Shown here piece by piece: positions 25,884 to 34,904 of a stretch of 64,000 nt of DNA. The translations under genes and the position numbers were made by a program. This DNA is from Nannocystis sp. (GTDB taxonomy: Bacteria > Myxococcota_A > Polyangia > Nannocystales > Nannocystaceae), in assembly GCF_016717175.1 (NCBI RefSeq), contig NZ_JADKFZ010000004.1, one strand, 5' to 3'. The notes under the pieces are model-generated. The model was not told the origin of the DNA and did not search any database. It saw nothing but the letters and a program-made list of their open reading frames with translations. Numbering within the stretch: position 1 is the first letter of the stretch; the number at the start of each line of letters is the position of its first letter.

Positions 25884-27863
25884 TCACAGGTCCCTGCAGG
25901 GCGGCTCGCGGCCGAGGCTCACGGCCTGGAGGTTCAGCTCGGCCGCGGTGGCGGGCGAAAGCGCGGCGCAGCAGGCGTACTCGCTGTTGTCGTTGATCAG
26001 CGAGATCAGGAGATCCTCGGGCAAGCCGAAGCAGCACGCCGGCGTGGTGGCGCCGCCGTCGGAGGTCGCGCTGCATCGGGGGAGCGCGACACAGGTACCA
26101 TCGTCTGGCTCGTAGCACGAGATGCGCACGCCGGGGGTGCCATCGGTGTAGTCGAGCACGACCTCGGAGTCGGAGAACAGCGCGGTGCCGATCAGACCGT
26201 CGGGCTGGAGGGCCTCGGGGTTGGTGTCGCGCCGCATCGCCGTGACCATCGGGTGATCGGCGGGGATGATGACGGTGGTGATCCAGCGCTCGGGGTTCGG
26301 CCCGGGGCTGCCGCTCGAGTTGTCGATCACGAAGGCCTCGCCGAGCACGGCGGCCGTATCGAGGGCCGCGTCGGCGCAGCTGTTGCCGCTGCCGAGGCGC
26401 GGGCTGTTGCCCGCGGCGGCGCTGTCACACTGGGCCTTGAGCGCCTTCTGGCGCCGCTCGAGCCGCTGGCACGCGGATGGGCCGCTCGAGCTGGCGAGGC
26501 CCGGCACGAGGCCGACGCTGCGGACGCGCACCTGCAGGAGCGGCTGCTCCTTGCTGCCAGCGGGGGGCCAGCCGGGCAGCTCGAGCGCGCCGATCGTGCC
26601 GTCGATGCAGGCGGGTGCGCCGAGGTGGCTGCTGCCGATGTCGCCGCCGTCGCCCGCGCAGGGCGGGAGCTTGAGCTCGTTGAGCAGGCGACGGGCGCTG
26701 TCCTCGAAGAGCACGAGGCCGGCGATGCCGGTGGCGACGACGAGGCTGGCCTCGCGGCCGCGGTCGAGGTCGGTGGTGTCGAGCGGGGCCGGGGTGACGA
26801 CGCAGCCGCGGTCTTCCTCGGCGCGCGTACCCGACGCGCCGGTGGCGGAGTGATAGCTGCCCGCGGCGCTCGCGGGTCCAGCGGCGAGGCGACAGCGGCC
26901 GCGATCCGGGACCCACTCGACGGTCGCGGGCGGCGGGGCGACGCAGGCGTCGAGGACCATGCGGCTCGGTCGCAATGCGCTGGCGACTCGCTCGCGATCG
27001 AAGGTGCTGAGGTAGTCGCAGCTCTGGCCGCCGGCGAGGCACACGTCGGTGATGTCCTTGCCGAGCAGGAGTCCGGGGAACTGCAGCGGGATCGCGGCGC
27101 GACCCTGGTCGGCGAGCACGGCCTCGGAGCCGGGAAACTCGCGGTAGAAGGTGACCTCGAAGCGAGTGCCGTCTGGCTCGCGGTGGTGGGCGAAGCGGAC
27201 CGCGAATTCGCGGAGCAGGTTGCCGCCGATGACGCCGCCGACGTAGGCCGGTGCGCCCGCGGTGCCAGTGCGCCAGCTGAATGGTTGGGCGAGCGTCGAC
27301 GGGTCGCGCGGCAGGCGGACGACCGGGGTGTTGCTGAAGCGGAAGCGGCTGAGCGAGTCGCCGAGGACGGTCGCCTCGGCCTGCGGATCGAGGATCTGCG
27401 CCGCTGAGCGCAGCTCGAAGCAGGTGCGCTCGGGGACGGCGACGGTGGTGTCGTCGGCCAGCATGGTGATCGCGGTGGCGCTGTCGATCAGCACCGGCAT
27501 GCATGCACCCGGGTCGCAGGTGTCGGGCGGGCCGAGGCAGACCTCGCTGCAGCCGCCCTGGGTGCCGGGGCAGGGCTCCGGGAGGTAGGCGAGGCGCGGC
27601 AGGGGCGAGGCGTCGCCGGAGCCGAGAGCGACCGGGCGTCCGAACTCACCCTCGGCCTCGACCGAGTCGAAGTTGCAGGCCAGCGTGAGGGCCGTCGTGA
27701 GGCCGATCGTGAGGCCATTCGTGAGGCCATTCGTGAGGGCCAGCGCGAGCGGTGCGCAGTGGAGCCCGGAAATTGCCGCGAGACGCGGGCGAGGCGCCTG
27801 TGGGCCTCGCGTCGCGTCTCGTGGTCTCTCTGCGCTGGTTGCCACCCTGCCGGGTTCTAGCAC
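25884..27863 (-). CDS. Hypothetical secreted Cys-rich (lipo)protein; start codon uncertain
   Basis: A 659-aa ORF with a hydrophobic N-terminus ending in the lipobox-like LTLAC and many Cys. The N-terminus has a 12-bp tandem repeat (TNGLTNGLTIGLT). No confident domain. The ORF-track start (non-ATG) overlaps a strong hairpin, so the true start may lie downstream. Confidence 0.55.
   Translation of the reverse strand: MLEPGRVATSAERPRDATRGPQAPRPRLAAISGLHCAPLALALTNGLTNGLTIGLTTALTLACNFDSVEAEGEFGRPVALGSGDASPLPRLAYLPEPCPGTQGGCSEVCLGPPDTCDPGACMPVLIDSATAITMLADDTTVAVPERTCFELRSAAQILDPQAEATVLGDSLSRFRFSNTPVVRLPRDPSTLAQPFSWRTGTAGAPAYVGGVIGGNLLREFAVRFAHHREPDGTRFEVTFYREFPGSEAVLADQGRAAIPLQFPGLLLGKDITDVCLAGGQSCDYLSTFDRERVASALRPSRMVLDACVAPPPATVEWVPDRGRCRLAAGPASAAGSYHSATGASGTRAEEDRGCVVTPAPLDTTDLDRGREASLVVATGIAGLVLFEDSARRLLNELKLPPCAGDGGDIGSSHLGAPACIDGTIGALELPGWPPAGSKEQPLLQVRVRSVGLVPGLASSSGPSACQRLERRQKALKAQCDSAAAGNSPRLGSGNSCADAALDTAAVLGEAFVIDNSSGSPGPNPERWITTVIIPADHPMVTAMRRDTNPEALQPDGLIGTALFSDSEVVLDYTDGTPGVRISCYEPDDGTCVALPRCSATSDGGATTPACCFGLPEDLLISLINDNSEYACCAALSPATAAELNLQAVSLGREPPCRDL
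27777..27821 (-). terminator. Strong GC-rich inverted repeat (17-19-bp arms, 8-nt loop) ~56 nt downstream of the MlaC-like gene stop; possible intrinsic terminator without a U-tract
   Basis: cgcgagacgcgggcgaggc-gcctgtgg-gcctcgcgtcgcgtctcg. The arms are near-perfect reverse complements, with one bulge. Confidence 0.35.
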
Positions 27864-27876
27864 AGCTGGCAGCCGG

Positions 27877-28500
27877 CTACTTGGCGGCCGCGTTGGAGGC
27901 CAGCTCGGTCAGCTTGGCCTCGAGGCGGGCGATCAGCTCGTTGATGCCCTTGTCCTTGAGGATCTTGTTGAACTCGAACTTGTAGTTCTTCGCCAGGCTG
28001 ATGCCGTCGGTGATGATGTCCTCGGTGAGCCAGACGCCGTTGACTTGGTGCATCACGTAGACGACTTCGACGACCTCGGGCTTGCCGTCGCGGCTGAGCG
28101 AGACGTTGGTGATGACGTGGGTGCCGCGGGGCTTCGTCTCCTCGCCGACGTAGGCCAATTCGTACTTCTTGTCGGTCCGGATGCGCTTGAGGTAGTTCTC
28201 GCGGATGAGGCGGGTCAGCAGCGCCTCGAACTCGGCGCAGCGCGGCTCGCACTTGGCGGCGTAGCGGGCGGGGCCGCCGAGCGAGGTCTCGGCGAGCGCC
28301 TTGTAGTCGAGCAGCGCGTCGACTTCCTTCTGCAGCGTGGCGACATCGGCACGCTTCTTCACCAGCTCGACGACCTTCCCGTGGCGGGCCTTGAAGGTGT
28401 CCATCGCGCCCTCGGCGGCGGCGGCGGGGCGGGCCAGGCCCAGCAGGCACACAGAGGAGAGGGCGAGCCCGGTGATGAAGTTTCGTGCGGAATTCAGCAT
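27877..28500 (-). CDS. MlaC/Ttg2D-family (toluene-tolerance, phospholipid-binding) periplasmic protein
   Basis: A signal peptide (LALSSVCLLGLARPAAA|AE) is followed by a Tol-Ttg2-like fold (KKYELAYVGEET...VVEVVYVMHQVNGVWLTEDIITDGISLAKNYKFEFNKIL). Confidence 0.8.
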   Translation of the reverse strand: MLNSARNFITGLALSSVCLLGLARPAAAAEGAMDTFKARHGKVVELVKKRADVATLQKEVDALLDYKALAETSLGGPARYAAKCEPRCAEFEALLTRLIRENYLKRIRTDKKYELAYVGEETKPRGTHVITNVSLSRDGKPEVVEVVYVMHQVNGVWLTEDIITDGISLAKNYKFEFNKILKDKGINELIARLEAKLTELASNAAAK

Positions 28501-28547
28501 TGGTGCCTCTTTGAGTGGCGCTCAGACGCCTTGCGTTACAGTGCGAT

Positions 28548-30399
28548 TCACGGGGTGGGTGGTGTCGCGCCTGCGGGGTCCTGAAGCGACACTCCCACGG
28601 TGCGCGAGAGCGAGGCCAGCGCGACGTTCTGGGCATGGATGGACTCGAAGTGCTTGAAGCGCCACTCGGCCCAGCGGGTGAGCGCCCTCTCGAGGTCGGT
28701 GAAGTTGCCGCCACCGACGGTCTGCTTGAGCTGTTGGTCGATGACCAGCTGTTTGGCCTTGCGGATGGCGCTGGCAGTGAGCTTGACCGCTTGTTCGGCT
28801 TCGAGCAGGTCGCGGTAGGCCTTCTCGACCTCGAGCGAGAGCAGCAGGTTCGCTGCCTCACGCTGGGCCTCCGCCTCGCGGCGCTCGGCGCGGGCCTTCT
28901 TCAGGTTGAAGGCCTGGTTGTGGAAGTCGAGGGTCCAGTTGAGGGCGAGGGCGAGGACCAGGCGGCTGTAGTTGAAGCGGTCCTGATAATACAGGGCGCG
29001 CATGTCGCGGTCGGCCTTGTTCGAGAAGGCGATCTGCACCGAGGCGACGACGCCGAGGTCGGGGAGGAACATCGAGCGGGCGAACTTCTCGCCGGCCTTG
29101 CGGAGATCGACCAGACCGGCGGCCATCTTGGCCTCGGGGCGGGCCTTGAGACCGAGATCACGGTAATGGTCGACCGGTTTGAGGCCGCCCGCGACGCGGT
29201 CCGTGAGCAGGTCGCGCTCGCTGACATCGAAGCCGGGCGGGGCGGCCTCGCCGGCGATCGTCCACAGGGTCGCGAGGGCGACGGCCTCGATCTTGCGGGC
29301 CGCGTTCATGCGCTCCTGCAGGGTGAGCTCGCCGAGCTCGACGCGGATGAGGTCGGCGGGGTCGCGGTCGGGGTTGGCCTCGTCGGGGTCGGCGTCGTCG
29401 CCCTCGCCGAGCTCCTTCGCGATCTGCCGCTTTGCGTCCTGCAGGACCGACCAGGCCTCGTGCAGGATGCCGATGCTGCCGCGCGCGAGCAGGAGGGCGG
29501 TGTGGGCCTGATAGACGCGGAGGATGGTCTCCTGGCGGGCGCGCTCCTTGGCGAGCTGGGCCAGGGCGACGCCGGCGCGGGCCATGGCCTTGCCGTTCTT
29601 GATCTTGCCGAAGGTGTAGAGGGGGACGACGAAGTCGGCGTTGAAGCGGACGGTGACGCCGGCGCCGGCGAGCTGCTTGAAGTAGCCGCCGACGGTGTCG
29701 ATGTCGACGCCGCCGGGCGGGCGGCAGAACTGGAAGTCGATCGGCGTCGTTGTGCCGAGCGCGTCGCTGGCCGGGAGGGTGAGGTCGTCGCAGCGGGTCT
29801 GGAAGCCAGGCGCGAGCGCGGTGGTGGTCTTGATCACCGGGACCCAGGCAAAGCGGGCCTTGAGCAGGACGGCCTCGAGCTGCTCGACCTGGGCGTCGGC
29901 GGCGCGGATCAGCGGGTTCTGCAGGCCGAACTCGACGATCTGGGCCCGGCTGAGCTGAGGGACGCCGTCGGGGCGCGGACCGTAGGCGTCCATGCGGCGG
30001 GCGGGCGGGAGCTCGAAGAGGTCGGCCGGGGCCTGGGCGCCCGCGCTGCTGCGGGTGCTGAGGACCGGGGTCGCGGCGGTGGTGGCGGGCTTGCTGTCCT
30101 TGGGGACAGGTGTCGCGGTGGTGGGGTTGCTGTCCTTGGGGACAGGGTCGCGGTGCGGGGTTGCTGTCCTTGGGGACAGGTATTGCGGTCGGGTTGGGGA
30201 CAGGTGTCGCGGCGGGGTTGCTGTCCTTGGGGACAGGTGTTGCGGCGGGGCTGCTGTCCTTGGGGGCAGGTGTCGCGGGTGCCGTGGCCGGCGCGGGCCT
30301 GGCGGGGGCGGCGGAGGCGACGAGGGGCGAGCCTGCGAGCAGCGCGGTGAGCAGGTGCCCGAGACGGCACGAGCGCAGCGCTGGGGTCTGCCGTGGCAC
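28548..30399 (-). pseudogene. TolC-family outer-membrane efflux protein, split by a frameshift inside a tandem-repeat array (or a sequencing error in that repeat)
   Basis: A signal peptide plus PVPKDSNPAATP repeats read in one frame (ORF 29158..30399, good for ~85 aa). The TolC body is in the adjacent frame (from ...PVPKDSNPTTATPVPKDSKPATTAATPVLS... to the end, with alpha-helical/beta-barrel repeats such as FNYSRLVLALALNWTLDF). One repeat copy near 30150 has a 1-nt indel relative to its neighbours (gacagggtcgcgg versus gacaggtgtcgcgg). Confidence 0.6.
30101..30290. repeat. About five to six tandem copies of a ~35-bp repeat (gttgctgtccttggggacaggtgtcgcggyggg), each containing the CTGTCC-TTGG-GGACAG palindromic element
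   Basis: Seen directly in the sequence. It encodes the PVPKDSNPAATP repeats of the TolC N-terminus on the minus strand. The copies are imperfect, with indels. Confidence 0.85.
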
Positions 30400-30575
30400 G
30401 GCATACTTTTAGGGCGGGCGGCGCGGGGTTTCAAGCCAGGAAAGCGTGGTCCATGGGCCTCCGCGCGGGCTGTGTGGCCGATCGCCGTGAGGTTCACCGG
30501 TTGCGAGAGACGACGCGGCGCTGGCACACGAGGGCGGCGCGGGGCCTTGCTTGCGCGATCCCCGGGGAACTTGCG

Positions 30576-31496
30576 ATGGTTGCGCGCGTGACTACCCAGG
30601 CTGTCCGCCTCGACGCGCTCCCGCACCAGGATCGGCGGCTCATCCGTTTCGCGGGGGCCGACCTGCGGCGCTTCCTGCAGGGGCTGCTGTCGGCCGACAT
30701 CCACGCGCTTCGGCCCGGCTTCGCGGTGCCGGCGGCGATCCTGACGGTGAAGGGGAAGCTCATCAGCGAGGTGATCGTGCTGTGTGACGCGGACGACTCG
30801 ATCGCGCTGGCGGTCCCGGCCGAGATCGCGGCGTCGGTGGCGGGGCTGATCGAGCGCCACATCGTGATGGACGACGTCACGATCGGGTTCGACGAGACGC
30901 AGCGATTCGCGCTGGTGTGGCCGGGATCTGTGGCGGTCGTCGCGGGCGTGCATGGCTACGCGACGCGGCATCCGGCGCCGGGGCAGCTGCTGGTGGCCGA
31001 CGAGCTCGGCCTGACGGCGGCGCTGGCGGGGGTGACGGTGGCGAGCGAGGACGAGTGGAATCGGCATCGCGTGGTCGAGGCGGCGCCGGCGTGGGGCCAC
31101 GAGATCGTGGCGGACAGCTTCCCGCCGGAGGTCGGCTTCGTCGCGGCGGTGAGCTACGACAAGGGTTGCTTCATGGGCCAGGAGCCGCTGGCGAGGATCC
31201 ACGCGCGCGGGCAGGTGAACCGGGTGATGGTGCGGGTGCGGGCGGCGATGTTGCCCGCGGCTCCGCTCACGCTGGCCGCGCCCGATCGGCCGACGGCGGG
31301 TCGCTGGACCACGTGGGCGAGCGATCCGGCGGGCGCGGTCGGGCTGGCGATCGTGCACCGTTCGGTCGCGGTGCCGGGCACGCTGCTCGCGGCGGAGGGG
31401 GTCGGCGCGGTCGAGGTGTGCTCGGGGCCGCTGGGCGACGACCCGGGGGTGCCGGGCAAGCAGCGGGCGGCGACGGTGCAGCTCGGCAAGCGCTGA
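30576..31496 (+). CDS. ygfZ: YgfZ/GcvT-like folate-binding protein (Fe-S cluster repair / tRNA modification)
   Basis: The C-terminal signature reads AAVSYDKGCFMGQEPLARIHARG (KGC[YF]xGQE). The upstream part is aminomethyltransferase-like. Start is placed at MVARVTTQ; the longer 30393 start is possible. Confidence 0.7.
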   Translation: MVARVTTQAVRLDALPHQDRRLIRFAGADLRRFLQGLLSADIHALRPGFAVPAAILTVKGKLISEVIVLCDADDSIALAVPAEIAASVAGLIERHIVMDDVTIGFDETQRFALVWPGSVAVVAGVHGYATRHPAPGQLLVADELGLTAALAGVTVASEDEWNRHRVVEAAPAWGHEIVADSFPPEVGFVAAVSYDKGCFMGQEPLARIHARGQVNRVMVRVRAAMLPAAPLTLAAPDRPTAGRWTTWASDPAGAVGLAIVHRSVAVPGTLLAAEGVGAVEVCSGPLGDDPGVPGKQRAATVQLGKR

Positions 31497-31500
31497 GGCG

Positions 31501-31660
31501 GCTGTCCGCGGGGACAGGGGCGGGGGGACGGGCTGGCCGCGGGGACAGGTGGGGGGCGGGCGGGGGGCGGGCTGGGCTGGCCTCGGGGACAGGTCGGGCG
31601 AGCGCTCGCGCTTGCCGGCGCGGTGGGCTGTCCTTGGGGACAGGTCGGATCAGGCGAGGA
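31501..31660. repeat. Intergenic cluster of about four copies of the GGGGACAGGT / CTGTCC...GGACAG element
   Basis: gctgtccgcggggacaggggcgg ... gccgcggggacaggtgggggg ... cctcggggacaggtcgggcg ... gctgtccttggggacaggtcgg. It sits between the convergent 3' ends of the ygfZ-like gene and hpnE. Confidence 0.8.
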
Positions 31661-32984
31661 CGGCCTTGGCGGCGTCGTGGCCGCTCTGGACGGCGGACTC
31701 GATGGTGGCGGGGAGGCCGGTGCGGACCCAGTCGCCGGCCATGTAGAGGCCGCGGATCGGGCCGACGGTCTCGGGGCGGCAGTGGTAGCTGCCGGCGGCG
31801 TGGGAGATGGTGGCGCGCTTCTCTTTGATCGCGCGAAACAGGCGGATCTGCGGGACCTTGCCCGGGAAGTAGCGCTCGAGCTCGCCGCGCAGCAGCTCCT
31901 GGAGGGCCTCGGAGGGGTCGTCGATGCAGGCGCGGGCGCTCGAGATGGTGCAGTTGAGGAGCACGTCGCCGCCGACGCTGCCCTCGATCTGCGAGCGGTT
32001 GAACATCCAGTGCAGCGGGCTGCCGACCAGGCCGATGAAGGGCTCGCTGAAGGGGGCGCGGTCGACGGTGAACCACAGGTTGACGATCGGGCTGGTCTTG
32101 AGGCGGGCGATGTCCTGGTAGACGGGGTGCGCGGGCCAGGTGCCGGACAGCAGCTCGAGGAAGGCGTGCGGGGGGACGGCGGAGATGATGGTGTCGGCCG
32201 TGAGCTGCTCGCCGGACTTGAGGGTGACGCCCTGGACCTGGGAGCCGCTGGTGTCGAGCGCGCGGACCGGCTCGCCGAGGCGGACCTCGCAGCCGCGGGC
32301 GCGCAGGTAGGCGAGGGACTGGTCGACGTAGAGGCGGCTGAGCGGCACTCTGGGGACGCCGAGGCGGGAGGCGTCGCGGGTGCTGAGGAAGGCGCGCTCG
32401 AGCACGGCGGTGAACATCGCGGCGGAGGAGACGAGCGGGTCGTCGTTGAGGGTGCCCCAGATGAGCGGGTCCCAGAAGGCGTTGCGCAGGGCGGGGGTCT
32501 GGCCGAGGCGACGGAGCCAGCTGTCGCAGGTCTCGTTGTCGTCGGGGCGGGCGACCTCGCCGCGCAGGAGCAGGCCGGCGCGCACGGCCGCGGCCTTGTC
32601 GAGCACGCCGAGGCCGCGCATGGTGAGCAGGCCGGTGGCGAGGTGCAGCGGCGCGGGCAGGGCCGGGCAGTCGAGGTGCATGCGCTTGCCGCCCGGCTTG
32701 ACCATGTGGACGCTGAGGTTGCGCTGGAAGTAGATGCCGTCGGTGGAGTCGATGGTGCGCAGGAAGGCGAGGGTCTCGCGGTAGCAGCCCATCAGGAGGT
32801 GTTGACCGTTGTCGAGCTCGCGGCCGGTGGCGGCGTCGGGGAAGCTGCGGGCGCGGCCACCTCCGGCGCGGGTGGCCTCGAGGACGATCACCTTGCGGCC
32901 GGCCTCGGCGAGGCGCACGGCGGCGGACAGGCCGGCGAGGCCGGCCCCGAGGATCAGGACGGGGGAGGTTGTGGGCTCGGGCAT
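31650..32984 (-). CDS. hpnE: HpnE-type FAD-dependent hydroxysqualene dehydroxylase (amine-oxidase family)
   Basis: Rossmann motif VLILGAGLAGLSAAVRLAEAGRKVIVLEA, 444 aa. It follows two squalene/phytoene-synthase paralogs, which is the HpnCDE arrangement. The C-terminus reads GLYMAGDWVRTGLPATIESAVQSG. Confidence 0.8.
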   Translation of the reverse strand: MPEPTTSPVLILGAGLAGLSAAVRLAEAGRKVIVLEATRAGGGRARSFPDAATGRELDNGQHLLMGCYRETLAFLRTIDSTDGIYFQRNLSVHMVKPGGKRMHLDCPALPAPLHLATGLLTMRGLGVLDKAAAVRAGLLLRGEVARPDDNETCDSWLRRLGQTPALRNAFWDPLIWGTLNDDPLVSSAAMFTAVLERAFLSTRDASRLGVPRVPLSRLYVDQSLAYLRARGCEVRLGEPVRALDTSGSQVQGVTLKSGEQLTADTIISAVPPHAFLELLSGTWPAHPVYQDIARLKTSPIVNLWFTVDRAPFSEPFIGLVGSPLHWMFNRSQIEGSVGGDVLLNCTISSARACIDDPSEALQELLRGELERYFPGKVPQIRLFRAIKEKRATISHAAGSYHCRPETVGPIRGLYMAGDWVRTGLPATIESAVQSGHDAAKAVLA

Positions 32985-32991
32985 GGTGGAG

Positions 32992-33909
32992 CTAGAAGCC
33001 CGAGAGGCTGGCGCGGGCGATGGCGAGGGCGGCGACCTTGAGCTTGTCGCGGCGGCGCAGCGAGGCCCGGCGGGTGAAGACGTTGTAGTTGCGGGCGCGG
33101 ATCTCGAGGAGGATCTGGTAGTAGGTGCGGCCCATGATCTCGGCGGGGAGGAGGCGGCGGTGGCCGAGCTCCGGGAGGATCTGCCAGGCGGCCTGGTACT
33201 CGCGCTCGGCGGCCTCGGCGAAGTCGGCGGCGGCGGCGACGAAGCGGCCGTCGTAGCGGTACTCGAGGATGTCGGAGGCCGAGAGGTTGTGGCGGGCGAG
33301 CAGGTCGAGCGGGAGGTAGACGCGGCCGCGGGCGGCGTCCTCGGCGACGTCGCGGAGGATGTTGGTGTACTGGAGGGCGAGGCCCAAGTGCTCGGCGTAG
33401 CGGCGGGCGGCGGGCGACTGGTCGCGGAACAGGGCGATGCAGAGGAAGCCGACGCAGGAGGCGACGCGGTAGCAGTAGAGGCGCAGCTGGGCCATGTCGT
33501 CGTAGCTGCTGCGCTCGAGGTCCATCGCCACGCCGGCGATGATCTCGTCGAAGGCGTCGCGCGGGTAGTGGAACACGGCGTTGGTGCGGACGAGGCCGCG
33601 GCCGAGCTCGGTGCGCGGCGGGTCCTCGCCGAGGTATGGATCGTCGTAGACGCGGGCGACCTCGGCGGACCACTCGGCGAGCTGCTTGCGGGCGGTGGCC
33701 TCGCCCTCGGGTCCGGGGGCGCGCTCGTCGACGATGTCGTCGACGACGCGGCAGAACTCGTAGACCTGCTGGAGGCCGCCCTGTTGCTCGGGGCCGAGGA
33801 ACAGGAACGCGAACTTGAAGTTCGAGTTGGAGCGCTGGGTGAGGCGGTGCCACAGCGCGGCCGGGTTGGGGAGCGCGCGGATGAGGTCCATGAGCCGTCT
33901 CCGGGGCAC
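32992..33909 (-). CDS. hpnD: Squalene/phytoene-synthase-family enzyme, the second paralog (HpnD-like presqualene diphosphate synthase)
   Basis: A trans-IPPS head-to-head fold with Asp-rich motifs (FCRVVDDIVDE; YTNILRDVAEDAARGRVYLPLD). The HpnD-versus-HpnC assignment is by gene order only. Confidence 0.75.
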   Translation of the reverse strand: MPRRRLMDLIRALPNPAALWHRLTQRSNSNFKFAFLFLGPEQQGGLQQVYEFCRVVDDIVDERAPGPEGEATARKQLAEWSAEVARVYDDPYLGEDPPRTELGRGLVRTNAVFHYPRDAFDEIIAGVAMDLERSSYDDMAQLRLYCYRVASCVGFLCIALFRDQSPAARRYAEHLGLALQYTNILRDVAEDAARGRVYLPLDLLARHNLSASDILEYRYDGRFVAAAADFAEAAEREYQAAWQILPELGHRRLLPAEIMGRTYYQILLEIRARNYNVFTRRASLRRRDKLKVAALAIARASLSGF

Positions 33910-33922
33910 CGTTGGGTCCGCG

Positions 33923-34897
33923 TCAGACCTCGCCGCGGATGAAGCGGCGGCCGAAGGAGAAGAGGGAGCGGATGGCGATGCCGGCCATGTCCTTCTTCTC
34001 GAGGGTGGGGCGGAAGGCGAGGACCTCGTAGTCGAGGTCCTCGATGCGCTGGAGGATCGCCATGCCGCCGCGCCAGGTGGCCTCGAGCTCCATCGACAGG
34101 CCGGGCTCGACCTTGCGGATGAGCGGGCGGCCGCGCAGGAACATGGCGCGACAGCGGGCGACCGAGAAGGCCATGAGGTCCTTGAAGGCGCGGGTGTGGC
34201 GACCGGCGAGCAGGTCCTCGCGGGGGACGCCGAAGTGGACCAGATCCTCCTCGGGGAGGTAGCAGCGGCCGCGTGGGGTGTCGACGCTGAGGTCCTGCAG
34301 GAAGTTGGCGATCTGGAGGGCGGCGCAGATCTCGTCGCTGTAGCGGTGGAGCTGGGGCTCCTGGTGGCCGTGCACGTAGAGGACGAGCTGGCCGACGGGG
34401 TGGGCCGAGTGGAGGCAGTACTGGCGCAGCTCGTTGAAGGTTGTGTAGCGCTTCTTGGTGAGGTCCATGCGGAAGGCGGTGAGCAGCGCCTTGAACGGAC
34501 CGATCGGGATGTTGTGGCGACGGACGGTGTCTCGCAGGGCGAGGAACACGGGGTGGTTCACGTCGCGGTGGTAGCAGGCCTCGAGCAGCTGCTCCCAGCG
34601 GTCGAGGGCGTCGACGCGGCGGTTCTCGTAGCGGGGCTCGTCGGCGAAGTCGTCGGCCGTGCGCGCGTACGCGTAGATGGCCATGACGTTGGGGCGCAGG
34701 TGCGAGGGCAGGAAGCGCGAGGCGACCGGGAAGTTCTCGTAGTGGGTGGTGGCCATGCGCTCGCAGTAGCGATAGGCCGTCTCGATGGTCCACGGCCCGG
34801 GCGGGGCGCCGTCGGGCGGGTTCCAGCGCGGACCGGTCTCGTCGTCGGCGGGCGGGGGCGGGACGCAGAACAGTCGCGGTTCGGTGGCGCTGACCAT
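33923..34897 (-). CDS. hpnC: Squalene/phytoene-synthase-family enzyme, the first paralog (HpnC-like hydroxysqualene synthase)
   Basis: YRYCERMATTHYENFPVASRFLP...AIYAYARTADDFADE...LQIANFLQDLSVDTPRGRCYLP are typical squalene-synthase-like motifs. Start is placed at MVSATEP; the ORF's upstream extension (HVPPRHHL repeats) is the repeat region, not protein. Confidence 0.75.
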   Translation of the reverse strand: MVSATEPRLFCVPPPPADDETGPRWNPPDGAPPGPWTIETAYRYCERMATTHYENFPVASRFLPSHLRPNVMAIYAYARTADDFADEPRYENRRVDALDRWEQLLEACYHRDVNHPVFLALRDTVRRHNIPIGPFKALLTAFRMDLTKKRYTTFNELRQYCLHSAHPVGQLVLYVHGHQEPQLHRYSDEICAALQIANFLQDLSVDTPRGRCYLPEEDLVHFGVPREDLLAGRHTRAFKDLMAFSVARCRAMFLRGRPLIRKVEPGLSMELEATWRGGMAILQRIEDLDYEVLAFRPTLEKKDMAGIAIRSLFSFGRRFIRGEV

Positions 34898-34904
34898 GGA
34901 GACC

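Noticed and set aside
30101-30290. Tandem-repeat arrays (30101-30290, 58711-58860, 43378-43473) considered as CRISPR arrays.
   Set aside because: The units are contiguous with no unique spacers of regular length, no cas genes are present, and the unit lengths (12, 35, 50 bp) and context do not fit CRISPR.
31650-34793. A 1047-aa ORF spanning hpnE plus upstream sequence.
   Set aside because: Only the C-terminal 444 aa (from MPEPTTSPVLILGAGLAG) form the amine-oxidase enzyme. The upstream part is an Arg/Pro-rich out-of-frame read-through across hpnD/hpnC, which are clearly encoded in another frame.
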